Assembly: GCA_019751895.1 (NCBI GenBank)
Contig: JAIEMU010000140.1
Coordinates: 1,819 to 65,818, forward strand
Direction of reading: 5' to 3'
Length of the DNA: 64,000 nucleotides
Origin: Sphingobacteriaceae bacterium
Lineage (GTDB): Bacteria > Bacteroidota > Bacteroidia > Sphingobacteriales > Sphingobacteriaceae
The position numbers were made by a program, and so were the translations under genes. A model generated the notes under the pieces. It was not told where the DNA came from and did no database searches. It was given only the letters and a program-made list of their open reading frames with translations. Positions 9,463 to 19,076 of the stretch are shown here, piece by piece (position 1 is the stretch's first letter; the number at the start of each line of letters is the position of its first letter).

Positions 9463-10287
9463 ATGTTAGGATCTAAAATAGATTTATTTAGAAAAGAATG
9501 GCTTGATGTTGTATTTGTAAACAAAAATAAAAATTACGGAGCTTACGATCTTCGTAGTCAAAATGCAAGCAACACAACAAGAGCTTTGCTTTTTACTTCA
9601 TCTGTATTTTTGGGGTTGTTTTTTGCACCTTACATTTACAATAAAGTAAAAGGTCTTTTACCTGAGCCACCAAAAGAGGTGCAAAAGGAGATAACCATGT
9701 TGCCTCCTCCTCCGGTAGATGACAAAAAACCATTGCCTCCACCGGTAGAGCCACCTCCACCAAAAGAGGACCAAGTGAAATTTCCTCCTCCAATTGTAAA
9801 ACCGGATGATCAGGTAAGGGATGAAGAACCACCAAAAGTTGCAGATTTGCAAAAAGCAGATCCAGGACAAAAAACTGTTGAAGGTAATCCTGATGCAGAT
9901 ATCGTTGTGGTAGAAGCAGTTGGTGAAGGACCAAAACAAGCAGTTGTAGTTGAAGATAATAAAGTTTACGACTATGTAAGTTTAGAAGCGCAACCAGGTT
10001 ATCCAGGTGGAATGTCTAAATTTTACGAATACGTTGGTAAATCAGTAAGATATCCTCCTATGGCACAAGAGTCTGGCTTGCAAGGAAAAGTTTTTGTTTC
10101 TTTTGTAATTGAAAAAGATGGAAGCTTAACCGACGTTCGTGTAGAAAGAAAGATAGGTGGTGGTTTAGACGAAGAAGCAATCAGAGTATTGAAGGGAAGT
10201 AAAAGATGGCAACCTGGTATGCAAAATGGTAGTCCAGTGCGTGTTAAGTATAACATTCCAATTAATTTCACATTAGCTGAACAATAA
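9463..10287 (+). CDS. tonB: Energy transducer TonB
   Basis: N-terminal TM, Pro-rich linker, C-terminal YP...QGKVFVSFVIEKDG TonB_C domain. Confidence 0.92.
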   Translation: MLGSKIDLFRKEWLDVVFVNKNKNYGAYDLRSQNASNTTRALLFTSSVFLGLFFAPYIYNKVKGLLPEPPKEVQKEITMLPPPPVDDKKPLPPPVEPPPPKEDQVKFPPPIVKPDDQVRDEEPPKVADLQKADPGQKTVEGNPDADIVVVEAVGEGPKQAVVVEDNKVYDYVSLEAQPGYPGGMSKFYEYVGKSVRYPPMAQESGLQGKVFVSFVIEKDGSLTDVRVERKIGGGLDEEAIRVLKGSKRWQPGMQNGSPVRVKYNIPINFTLAEQ

Positions 10288-10294
10288 AAAGAAG

Positions 10295-10540
10295 ATGCTA
10301 AATTTTGAATTTTTTAAACAGAAATCGCCACAACAGCGATTTCTGTTTATTTTAGGCCTAGTGATGATGTTCGTATATTTCGGTATCGGCATTATGGTTA
10401 TTTTTTTTAACAATGTATTGCGAATTGACACAGCTAAGCTGAAAGACAATTATCGCATTGCTTTTGGGGTTTTATTAATCGTTTATGCAATTTTTAGGTT
10501 TAGTCGATTATTAATAAAAAAACAAGATGATGAAGTTTAG
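10295..10540 (+). CDS. Small two-TM membrane protein of unknown function
   Basis: Two hydrophobic helices; tightly packed in the exbB-tonB operon and overlaps the next gene. Confidence 0.7.
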   Translation: MLNFEFFKQKSPQQRFLFILGLVMMFVYFGIGIMVIFFNNVLRIDTAKLKDNYRIAFGVLLIVYAIFRFSRLLIKKQDDEV

Positions 10541-11423
10541 TTACTTGAGTTTACTTGTTTTTTTATTTCTTTTTTCGTGCCGAAGCCCTAAGAAAAATGA
10601 AGTGACCCAAAGCCGCACCACAGGCGAAACCAGCATATTGGTAGATGAATCTTTTGCGCAGGTTTTAGATGCACAAATACAGGTTTTTTCTGTTGAGTAT
10701 CCAAACGCAACGGTAAAATCAATTTTAGAAAATGAAAACAAAATTATGCCTTTGTTTTTGAATCGAAAAATTAAAGCTGCGGTTCTTTCTAGAATGCTGA
10801 CCGATAAAGAACAAAAAAACTATACATCAAAAGGTATAATTGTGTACACGGATCGCTTTGCGATAGATGGAATTGCTTTAATCACCAACAAAGAAAATGC
10901 GGATAGCACCATTAATAGCCAAGATATTATTTCTATTTTGAAAGGTGAAAACCCCAAAGGAATAAATTTAGTGTTTGATAATCCACATTCAAGCACATTA
11001 CGTTATTTTAAAGATTTAGCGAAGATTAAAGATTTGCCTAATAAGCATATTTTTACACTTCAAAATAGCAACGAAGTGATTAAGTACATTGCTTCGCATC
11101 AAAACTATGTGGGCGTGATAGGTGTAAATTGGCTGTATAACAATGAAAAATCTATTCAAGCGCAATTACTAAAAATAAAAACGATGGCTGTGAAAAATTC
11201 AGATGACAAAGAATATTACAAGCCTACACAAGAAAATTTAATAAGTGGTAGGTATCCTTTTTTAAGGAATATTTACATTTTAAACGCCGAGGGGAATGGA
11301 AACTTGGGTACAGGTTTTGCAAATTGGTTGTGCAGTCCAAGAGGGCAGTTGATTGTTTTGAAATCAGGATTGGCACCACATAAATTAAATCCAAGAGAAT
11401 TAAACATAAAAACAAACAAATAA
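10527..11423 (+). CDS. PstS-like substrate-binding lipoprotein (PBP superfamily)
   Basis: Lipobox LFLFSC; AIDGIALITN and GRYPFLRNIY PstS-family motifs. Confidence 0.8.
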   Translation: MMKFSYLSLLVFLFLFSCRSPKKNEVTQSRTTGETSILVDESFAQVLDAQIQVFSVEYPNATVKSILENENKIMPLFLNRKIKAAVLSRMLTDKEQKNYTSKGIIVYTDRFAIDGIALITNKENADSTINSQDIISILKGENPKGINLVFDNPHSSTLRYFKDLAKIKDLPNKHIFTLQNSNEVIKYIASHQNYVGVIGVNWLYNNEKSIQAQLLKIKTMAVKNSDDKEYYKPTQENLISGRYPFLRNIYILNAEGNGNLGTGFANWLCSPRGQLIVLKSGLAPHKLNPRELNIKTNK

Positions 11424-11439
11424 ATATTATATTCGAACC

Positions 11440-13185
11440 ATGAAAAAGGTAATAAAAACAATGAGCCTTAGTTTTGGGCTTTTAACGATGGGTTCAATTG
11501 CAAATGCACAAAGTTTGGCAGATGCAAACAAAGCAATTGACGCAGAGCAGTTTCACAAAGCAAAAACAATGTTGAAACAATTGGTAACCAATCAACCAAA
11601 AAAGGGAGATAATTATTTCCACTTGGGTAGAGTGTATTTGTTGACCGACAATTTAGATTCGGCGGTAGTGACTTTTAACAATGGTTTGTTGGCTGATCCA
11701 AAAAATGAATTGAACTATGTAGGTTTGGGACAAGCAAGTTTGCATAAAAACGACCATAGTGCTGCCAAAAGCAATTTTGACAAAGCAATGGAAAGAGGAA
11801 ATAAGAGTTATAAAACTAATTTATACATAGGAAAAGCGTATTTATCGGTAGCTAAACCTGAAGACCCTAAAGCTCCTAAAGCGGATTTTAATACGGCATT
11901 GACGTATTTGAAAAAAGCAGATTCATTAGAAGTTAAAGATTTAGATGCTGAAGTATTTATCGCTTTGGGCGATTGTTTTGCTTTGCAAAGCAAAAACAGT
12001 GAAGCATATACGCCATACAACACTGCAAAAGGCATTGATGGAACCTTGGCAAGACCAGATGTTCAAATTGGACGTATGTTTAAACAAGCAAGAAACTGGG
12101 TAGATGCAGAGCGTCAATTGAAAAGTGCAATTGAATTGGATGCAAATTATGGACCTGCTTATCGTGAATTGGCTGAATTGTATTTGCAATGGGCTAGTTT
12201 TAAACCAACAGACCCTAAAATGGCTTTGGCATTAACCAATTATAAAAAATACATAGACTTAACGGATTATTCATTTGAATCAAAATTGAGATATGCACAG
12301 TTTTTAATTTATGCACAAGATTTTAAAGGTTTAACAGCTAGTTTAAATGATTTGAATGCAGGAAAAGTGCCTGAAGAAAAGAAAATGTTTATTTCTCGTT
12401 TCAAAGGATATTCGGAATATGAAAATGGAAATTATAACGAGAGTTTAAATTCATTAAACAGCCTATTTTCGCAATCGAACGAGAAGTCTAAAATATTTGC
12501 TTCAGATTATAAATATTTAGGTAGAGCGCAATTTAAAACAGGTGCGGATAGTTTAGCGGTTTTAACTTTCAAAAAAGGTGCTGCTATTGATTCAACATTG
12601 ACAGATGAAATGTCGGATGTAGCTAAGAAATTGGCGAAAGATAAAAAATATGCTCAAGCGGCAGATGCATTTCGTTTTATGATTGCTAAAAATCCAAAAA
12701 GCCCAAGTACAGCTACCAATTACTTCTTTTTAGGGCAATATAATTTCTATAATCACATGTTTTTAGACAAAGCGGTTAAAGAATTAAACAAAGGATTGTT
12801 GGTTGAAGCTGATTCGGCAATGAGTTATGTAAACAGAGTGAGTCCTGAATTTATAGGTGCTTATTCATTGAGAGCAAAAATCAATAATGCAATGGACACT
12901 ACGAGCCCACAAGTTGGTTTGGCAAATCCATACTATGAAAAATTTATTGAATTGGCAACTGCAACACCTGAAAAAGCTACAGCTAATGCTAAAGCTTTAG
13001 CATCTGCTTATGATTCTTTAGGATATTTTTATATGGATACGGACAAAGAAAAAGCAAAGGATTATTTCAATAAATCATTAGCCATTAATCCTGTAAATGA
13101 TTTTGCAACAAAAAATCTTCAGTTTTTAAATGGTCCAGTTGCGCCAGCAGCACCAAGTGCACCTAAAAAGCCGATAAAAAAATAG
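11440..13185 (+). CDS. Exported tetratricopeptide repeat protein
   Basis: Signal peptide (ANA/QS) and multiple TPR-like helical repeats. Confidence 0.85.
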   Translation: MKKVIKTMSLSFGLLTMGSIANAQSLADANKAIDAEQFHKAKTMLKQLVTNQPKKGDNYFHLGRVYLLTDNLDSAVVTFNNGLLADPKNELNYVGLGQASLHKNDHSAAKSNFDKAMERGNKSYKTNLYIGKAYLSVAKPEDPKAPKADFNTALTYLKKADSLEVKDLDAEVFIALGDCFALQSKNSEAYTPYNTAKGIDGTLARPDVQIGRMFKQARNWVDAERQLKSAIELDANYGPAYRELAELYLQWASFKPTDPKMALALTNYKKYIDLTDYSFESKLRYAQFLIYAQDFKGLTASLNDLNAGKVPEEKKMFISRFKGYSEYENGNYNESLNSLNSLFSQSNEKSKIFASDYKYLGRAQFKTGADSLAVLTFKKGAAIDSTLTDEMSDVAKKLAKDKKYAQAADAFRFMIAKNPKSPSTATNYFFLGQYNFYNHMFLDKAVKELNKGLLVEADSAMSYVNRVSPEFIGAYSLRAKINNAMDTTSPQVGLANPYYEKFIELATATPEKATANAKALASAYDSLGYFYMDTDKEKAKDYFNKSLAINPVNDFATKNLQFLNGPVAPAAPSAPKKPIKK

Positions 13186-13204
13186 GTTTTGAAATAAAGG
13201 AGAC

Positions 13205-13245
13205 AAAAAAATAAGGTTCAATTTTTAGTTGAACCTTATTTTTTT
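13205..13245. terminator. Bidirectional terminator
   Basis: AAAAAAATAAGGTTCAA-loop-TTGAACCTTATTTTTTT between convergent genes. Confidence 0.85.
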
Positions 13246-13258
13246 GCAATAAATTTAA

Positions 13259-13597
13259 TTAACTTTTAGGATACAATAAACTAAAAACAGTTTTTACGAT
13301 AGATAAAATCAAAGCTAATTTTACAGCAGCAAGAAAAGCGACTTTGAAACCAGGCAAGAAATAACTTACCAATAACACCATTAAGACACTAATTAAAAAC
13401 GAAACACTCCCTAAGGTAAAGAAGTTGATAGGGAAGGTAACGAGCCTTAAAACAGCCCCTATGGTCATGTTTGCTAAAGCAATACAAACGGTAGCGATGA
13501 TAGCCGTTTGAAAATTGATAACCACAACTCCCGAGATGAAATGATGGGCAAAATAAATAATTAGCCCTAAAAGTAAAGTTTCGATAATGTACTTCAT
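13259..13597 (-). CDS. Phage-holin-family (YvlD-like) 4-TM membrane protein
   Basis: LRLVTFPINFFTLG motif; four hydrophobic segments. Confidence 0.75.
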   Translation of the reverse strand: MKYIIETLLLGLIIYFAHHFISGVVVINFQTAIIATVCIALANMTIGAVLRLVTFPINFFTLGSVSFLISVLMVLLVSYFLPGFKVAFLAAVKLALILSIVKTVFSLLYPKS

Positions 13598-13667
13598 ATT
13601 TTTTTATTTTTTTTGTTCGGATAAAGGTAAAAAGATTATTTTTATATTCATTTAAACCTATTTTAAA

Positions 13668-14702
13668 TTGATGCAAGCCCAATATAAAACCTTCGATTTG
13701 TTATTAAAACACACGTTTTCGATTGCCAACTTTTCGAGAAATCATACACCCGTAGTCTTATTGAAACTACTGTATGAAGGTTGCGAAGGCTTTGGTGAGG
13801 CGTCTATGGTTCCTTATTTGGGCGAGAACAGTGAAACGGCGATTGATTTTTTAAACAAAGTAGATTGGCAAAATTTTAAGTTTCCATTTGATTTTAAAGA
13901 AGTGAATGCGTACTTAGATTCAATTGCTGAAGGAAATACGGCTGTGAAAGCAGCAATAGATATAGCCTTAAATGATTTGCAAGGAAAATTAGTAGAAAAG
14001 CCTTGTTATGCGCTTTATGGCGCTCAACCTTCGGCTATGCCCGTTACTTCTTATACTTTAGGCATGGATACTTTATCTGTAATCAAACAGAAATTGATGG
14101 ATGCGCAAGATTTTAGGGCAATTAAAGTAAAGTTAGGCTCTGCCGATGACAAGGCAATTATAAAAACGATTAGAAACATAACTCAGTTGCCCTTGTATGT
14201 GGATGCCAATCAAGGTTGGTTGGACAAAGAAAGGGCTTTAGATTTGATCCATTGGCTGGCGGAACAGGGCGTGGAATTGGTAGAACAGCCGATGGCGAAA
14301 TTAGATATTGAAGGCAATGCTTGGCTTACCGAGCGAAGTCCCATTCCGATAATAGCCGATGAATCGGTTCAACGATTAAAAAATATTTCCTCAATTAAGG
14401 GAGCTTATCATGGTATTAATATTAAGTTGATGAAAAGCACAGGCATGTATGAAGCACATCAAATGATTTTAGAAGCCCGCAAATTGGGCATGAAAATATT
14501 GATTGGCTGTATGAGCGAAACCAGTTGTGCAAGTTTGGCAGCCGCCGCTTTAGCTCCCTTATGCGATTGGGCAGATATTGATGGGCCGTGGCTTACCCAA
14601 AACAACCCTTTTGAAACGCCAATATTGGCAAATGGAAAATACCAATTGACCCAAGCTTCGGGTTTAGGTTTGTCGAGTTTAAAAAGCGGTTTTTGGAGTT
14701 AA
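13668..14702 (+). CDS. L-Ala-D/L-Glu dipeptide epimerase (enolase superfamily)
   Basis: KVK, DANQGW, EQP, ADES, NIKLMK and DxDG motifs. Confidence 0.9.
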   Translation: MMQAQYKTFDLLLKHTFSIANFSRNHTPVVLLKLLYEGCEGFGEASMVPYLGENSETAIDFLNKVDWQNFKFPFDFKEVNAYLDSIAEGNTAVKAAIDIALNDLQGKLVEKPCYALYGAQPSAMPVTSYTLGMDTLSVIKQKLMDAQDFRAIKVKLGSADDKAIIKTIRNITQLPLYVDANQGWLDKERALDLIHWLAEQGVELVEQPMAKLDIEGNAWLTERSPIPIIADESVQRLKNISSIKGAYHGINIKLMKSTGMYEAHQMILEARKLGMKILIGCMSETSCASLAAAALAPLCDWADIDGPWLTQNNPFETPILANGKYQLTQASGLGLSSLKSGFWS

Positions 14703-14706
14703 AAGA

Positions 14707-15438
14707 TTAGTTTTTTGCTTCAATTTGTTTGTAAAACTTTTCTCTGTAAGTGTCGCCTATCGGAATTACTTTGTCCTCGATGTTGATGCGACTGCGCTCA
14801 ATATTTTTAATTTTATCAATGGCAATGATGTAAGATTTATGCACACGAATAAATTGAGAAATAGGTAAAGTTTCTTCCATTTTTTTCATGTTTTGCAAAG
14901 TAATCACACGTTCGGTTTTGGTGAAAATAGAAATATAATCCTTCAATCCTTCGATGTATAAAATATCTATCAAAGCAATTTTTTGAATTTTATGTTCTGT
15001 TTTTACGAAAATAAAATCCTGAACAGCAGCATTTTGATTGCTTTGTGTTGCGCTCGAACTTGCTGCCACACTTTCGATGGGTTTTAGCTTATTTGCAACC
15101 TTTTCTACGGCTTTATAAAAACGATCGAAAGCAATAGGCTTGAGTAGATAATCAGCCACATTGAGGTCGTAACTTTCCAATGCATATTGAGAATAAGCGG
15201 TGGTCAGGATGTAATTTGTTTTGTTGCCAGCTATTTTCACAAATTGAATACCCGTAAGCTCAGGCATTTGAATGTCTAAGAACACCAAATCAATTCCGCC
15301 TGCTTGGACCAATTCTAAAGCTTCTAAAGGATTTTCGGTACGTTTTACAAGTTCTAAAAAAGGAGTTTTAGCAATGTAATCTTCAATAATATCCAATGCC
15401 AATGGTTCGTCATCTACGGCAATACATTTTAATTTCAT
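14707..15438 (-). CDS. LytTR family response regulator
   Basis: VDDEP/FLDIQMP receiver domain plus FIRVHKSY LytTR domain. Confidence 0.95.
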   Translation of the reverse strand: MKLKCIAVDDEPLALDIIEDYIAKTPFLELVKRTENPLEALELVQAGGIDLVFLDIQMPELTGIQFVKIAGNKTNYILTTAYSQYALESYDLNVADYLLKPIAFDRFYKAVEKVANKLKPIESVAASSSATQSNQNAAVQDFIFVKTEHKIQKIALIDILYIEGLKDYISIFTKTERVITLQNMKKMEETLPISQFIRVHKSYIIAIDKIKNIERSRINIEDKVIPIGDTYREKFYKQIEAKN

Positions 15439-16472
15439 AGTTGTAATATTAGTTCGGTGGTGTAGTGTGTTGGCGAATTTACAACATTCAGTTGATACCT
15501 TTCAGGATACATGATTTCTAGCCTGCGGTCAACGTTGTTTAAGCCCACGCCGCCAATTCCATCTTTATTTTGGTTGTTTTTTTTGTTGCTTATGCTAAAG
15601 TGTAAAATTTCGGTATTGGCAATGATATTAATTTTTATTGGGTTTTTGCTGTCGTTTGCAACACCATGTTTAAAAGCATTTTCGATGAAAGAAATCAAGA
15701 TTAAAGGTACAATTTTTTGATGACCGATAACCCCTTCGGAATTGACAGATACAAAAACACCCTCTTTAAACCGTAAGTTTTGCAAGGCAATATAGTTGTT
15801 TAAATACTCTAATTCTTTACTTAAAGACACTTTTTCGTCGTTACTTTCATAAATCATGTAACGCATGATGTCGGATAATTTTAAGATGGCATCAGCGGTT
15901 TGATCTGATTTTTGGTAGGCTAATGAATAGATATTATTTAATGAATTGAACAAAAAATGAGGATTTAATTGTGATTTTAAAAAAGCCAATTCCATTTCTT
16001 TTTTCTCACTTTCCAAGTTTCGTTGGTTGCGACGATGAATAAATGAATCGATGGTGAACCGTAAAAGCGAACTAATTACGACCAAAAACCCAGTTACAAA
16101 AACACTATTGATGATAAATGAAGAATAAGAAATGGTATGATGTTTTTTATTTTTTACATATTCTAAAACAATTTCTCGGTTGAGCAAAGCGACTGCAAAC
16201 TTGATTAAAATAATAACTGCTGAAAGTAGTATTAAACTGGCAATATAGACCCAAGTTTTTTGTTTTTCGAGTATAAAATAGGGAATAAGCGCTTGATAAT
16301 TTACATAAAACAAGATAAGATTGATAATACCATAATAGCCAAAATACACGATTATACTATATGCAGATATTGCTTCTTCACTTTTATATGTCGAAAGCAC
16401 ACAAAGAAATATAATAACCGCCCAAAATACCACATGCAAGGCAACGCCACCTGTATTGATTTTTCTTTCCAT
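15435..16472 (-). CDS. LytS-type sensor histidine kinase
   Basis: LKSQLNPHFLFNSLN, ENAFKHG and GVGL motifs; N-terminal TMs. Confidence 0.95.
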   Translation of the reverse strand: MERKINTGGVALHVVFWAVIIFLCVLSTYKSEEAISAYSIIVYFGYYGIINLILFYVNYQALIPYFILEKQKTWVYIASLILLSAVIILIKFAVALLNREIVLEYVKNKKHHTISYSSFIINSVFVTGFLVVISSLLRFTIDSFIHRRNQRNLESEKKEMELAFLKSQLNPHFLFNSLNNIYSLAYQKSDQTADAILKLSDIMRYMIYESNDEKVSLSKELEYLNNYIALQNLRFKEGVFVSVNSEGVIGHQKIVPLILISFIENAFKHGVANDSKNPIKINIIANTEILHFSISNKKNNQNKDGIGGVGLNNVDRRLEIMYPERYQLNVVNSPTHYTTELILQL

Positions 16473-16510
16473 TTTTTTAATTTTTTACGCTCACAAAGTA
16501 TAAAAACTTC

Positions 16511-16560
16511 ACAAATTAACCTATCTCAATCGACAAACGGGCAAAATTTTTATACAAACG
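16511..16560 (+). promoter_or_regulatory. Putative LytTR direct-repeat binding site
   Basis: ACAAAT/ACAAACG/ACAAACG at 16511, 16533 and 16554 (22- and 21-bp spacing), next to a LytTR two-component system. Confidence 0.5.
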
Positions 16561-16708
16561 CCAAATTAGAGGGTGTAAATAGATAAACAGCCCTTTTTTC
16601 CCGTTGGTATATAATTTTAAATGCTTGGTATAATACATTTTAGCGGGTGTTATTTTTTGGTTCTATTTGTTCAACGAAAGAAAATAAACCAATTTAAAAA
16701 ATACAACC

Positions 16709-16879
16709 ATGAAAAATTTATCAAATGTATCGCCTTTTTTAATGTTATTATTGCCTGTTTTTTTTGTAATGGCTTTGTCAATGAATGTTGGCAACAAAAG
16801 CAATGAAGAAGTGGTTTTGAAAACCAAAAACACAACCACAGGTTTGTTAATCAAAACAGCAGGTCAATTTGTAAAATAG
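16709..16879 (+). CDS. Small 56-aa single-TM/secreted protein (below the ORF-track cutoff)
   Basis: MKNLSNVSPFLMLLLPVFFVMALSMNVGNKSNEEVVLKTKNTTTGLLIKTAGQFVK*, with an A-rich translation-initiation region typical of Bacteroidota. Confidence 0.65.
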   Translation: MKNLSNVSPFLMLLLPVFFVMALSMNVGNKSNEEVVLKTKNTTTGLLIKTAGQFVK

Positions 16880-16916
16880 CAACATTTTTTTATCTTTGAT
16901 TTTAAACCAATTGAAG

Positions 16917-17369
16917 ATGGAAAACATATTCTCAACAGCGGTGAGCGAGCAGGTAATTGCTCGTATTCATCAGTTAAATAGCGGTTCTCAACCACAATGG
17001 GGTAAGATGAATGTAGCGCAAATGTTGGCGCATTGCAATGTTACCTACGCTTTGGTTTACGACCAAAGTATTCCTAAATCAAACGCCTTTACAAAGTTTT
17101 TGTTGAAGCTTTTTGTCAAAAAAGCGGTGGTTAGTGAAACCCCTTTCAAAAAAAGTAGCGCCACAGCGCCTATTTTTATCATTAAAGACGCTAAAGAATT
17201 TGATGCCGAAAAGCAAAAGCTTGTCAAAAACATCCAAAAAACACAAGCTTTGGGCGAAAATCATTTTGAAGGAAAAGAATCACATTCTTTTGGCAAACTA
17301 ACTAGCCAAGAATGGAACAATATGTTTTACAAACATCTTGACCACCATCTGCGTCAGTTTGGGGTTTAA
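16917..17369 (+). CDS. DUF1569 / DinB-like protein
   Basis: WGKMNVAQMLAHC...HSFGKLT..W...YKHLDHHLRQFGV; ATG 16917 lies downstream of a TATCTTTG box. Confidence 0.85.
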   Translation: MENIFSTAVSEQVIARIHQLNSGSQPQWGKMNVAQMLAHCNVTYALVYDQSIPKSNAFTKFLLKLFVKKAVVSETPFKKSSATAPIFIIKDAKEFDAEKQKLVKNIQKTQALGENHFEGKESHSFGKLTSQEWNNMFYKHLDHHLRQFGV

Positions 17370-18313
17370 CGATTTATAAATAGGGCGCTTCTTGTTTGTA
17401 TTAATTTTTTATATTGAACTTTGTTTTCATCATTTAAAAAAGAGCTTTCAATCTTTAAAATGGCTTTTGGAAGCCAAGGAGCAATTTTTTTGTAAACCGA
17501 ATTTATTTGTTTTTCGGTCAGTTTTAAGACCTCTCCAAATCTATCAAAATAACCTTTGTCAAAATTTTTTCTTTTCCCACCCAATAAGAGTGCAGTGTCG
17601 TCTATGTCCTTTGGTAGGATGATTTTTACATTTAGTAAATCGTAAGCTGGAGATAAAACCCAACCCATTTCAGAAAGCCACATAGAGAAATTTTTCAGGT
17701 GCATATCGTTATTGCCAATTATAAAATTGAATAAGGCTAGTTCAAAAAATCGCAATTTATCCATTAAAGTGTTTGCTGACAATTCGCCTAATGTTTTTCC
17801 AAGTTTTTCCATCGTCCCTAAATACTTGTCTTCTAGTTCTAAGATTTGTAAAAAGTCTATCATGTGTATTTTGTCATTGTTTTTTTTTCGGTCAATCCGC
17901 TTTGTAATGTAGCATAATTCACCCGAAGCCAGTCTAATCATGTTTGTAGGTACTACATCTATCTTAAATAGTTCAGCCAACTTCATAGATAAATGTTCAT
18001 TTTCTGGCATTTGATTGAATCTTGAATTTTGTGGTTTCAAAATATACAATCCTTCTAATGCGTCCATAATGGTTAAGCGACTTTTATGTTTGTCTTTTAA
18101 ATTATTTTTTATCCAGCCAAGAGATAATTTTGGTTGCACACCAGGCACAGTTATCGACAACTCCACCGTTTGTTTAGCTAATTTTTCCATTTCATCTAAA
18201 CGATAAAGTAACTCGGGAGCCGACTTCGTTCCATAGAACTTTTCGATACACTTCTGATGATAATCAACGGTGTTTATTTCTAATTCTTTATAACAACTCA
18301 AACACTTAGTCAT
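17366..18313 (-). CDS. hipT: HipA/HipT-like Ser/Thr kinase toxin
   Basis: GVQPK P-loop, GNNDMHLKNFS, LSPAYDL; lacks the HipA N-terminal subdomain, which is encoded separately. Confidence 0.88.
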   Translation of the reverse strand: MTKCLSCYKELEINTVDYHQKCIEKFYGTKSAPELLYRLDEMEKLAKQTVELSITVPGVQPKLSLGWIKNNLKDKHKSRLTIMDALEGLYILKPQNSRFNQMPENEHLSMKLAELFKIDVVPTNMIRLASGELCYITKRIDRKKNNDKIHMIDFLQILELEDKYLGTMEKLGKTLGELSANTLMDKLRFFELALFNFIIGNNDMHLKNFSMWLSEMGWVLSPAYDLLNVKIILPKDIDDTALLLGGKRKNFDKGYFDRFGEVLKLTEKQINSVYKKIAPWLPKAILKIESSFLNDENKVQYKKLIQTRSALFINR

Positions 18314-18641
18314 TTAGTTTTTCTTTTATAACGTGAACACTAACAGCTCCTATTGTATTTTGACAACAAGCCAACAACAAGCCCATTCGATCATTTTTTT
18401 GTATTTTCCAGCCTTCTGTAGCAATGGACAATAACCATCCCTCCGGAATTAACCCATCGAAAAACGGAAAAAGTCGCTTGCTTTTATATGGAATACGGCT
18501 AACAGGCATTTGAAAAGTAATAAATAAATTGGGGTAATTTTGTATATAATCAGCATCATATACATATTCGTATTCGCCGGTTTCTAATTCTTTTAGCACA
18601 CCTGCAACAACATTGTTATATTTAATAATTGCTTGTCTCAT
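18306..18641 (-). CDS. hipS: HipA N-terminal domain protein (HipS-like antitoxin)
   Basis: LFPFFDGLIPEGWL...LL....QNTIGAVSV. Confidence 0.88.
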   Translation of the reverse strand: MRQAIIKYNNVVAGVLKELETGEYEYVYDADYIQNYPNLFITFQMPVSRIPYKSKRLFPFFDGLIPEGWLLSIATEGWKIQKNDRMGLLLACCQNTIGAVSVHVIKEKLND

Positions 18642-18841
18642 TGTTGTTTTTCATTTATTGGGCCTAAAGTATGACCAAACATTTTCAATACTTGATTTAC
18701 TTTCGATAAACTCAAATTGTCTTTTCCTTGTTCTATCTTTCTTATTACGGTTAATGCTACGCCGGATTTCATTGCTAAATCTTCTTGCGTTAACTTTGAT
18801 TGTTTTCGTCTGGTTTTAATAAATGTAGATATTTCTTTCAT
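18638..18841 (-). CDS. hipB: HipB-like HTH (y4mF family) regulator
   Basis: Xre HTH LTQEDLA..SGV....IRKIEQGK; probable start MKEISTF at 18841. Confidence 0.88.
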   Translation of the reverse strand: MKEISTFIKTRRKQSKLTQEDLAMKSGVALTVIRKIEQGKDNLSLSKVNQVLKMFGHTLGPINEKQQ

Positions 18842-18844
18842 TTT

Positions 18845-18942
18845 TATATGCTTTAACATACAAAAGTAGTGATTTTTAATTTATTATATCTTATTGCATA
18901 TATTTTTTTAATTTTCTACGTTTTTATATCTTATTGCATATA
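18845..18942. promoter_or_regulatory. Three HipB-type operators at exact 40-bp period
   Basis: TATAT-N8-ATA(T/C)A at 18845-18862, 18885-18902 and 18925-18942; the last two are identical (TATATCTTATTGCATATA). Confidence 0.75.
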
Positions 18943-19076
18943 GATTTAAAATTAATTTTCAGTAAACCTAGCGCCAATTTAAAAACATTAGCGTCCTAAT
19001 TTACAAACAGATAAAATTTACAATCAAAAATCAAATTAAATTCTGTAGCTTTGCGCCAAATTCATTAAGCGCATTT

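Noticed and set aside
13259-13597. Prophage indicated by the holin-family gene
   Set aside because: No phage structural, lysin or integrase genes nearby; this family is common in chromosomal contexts.
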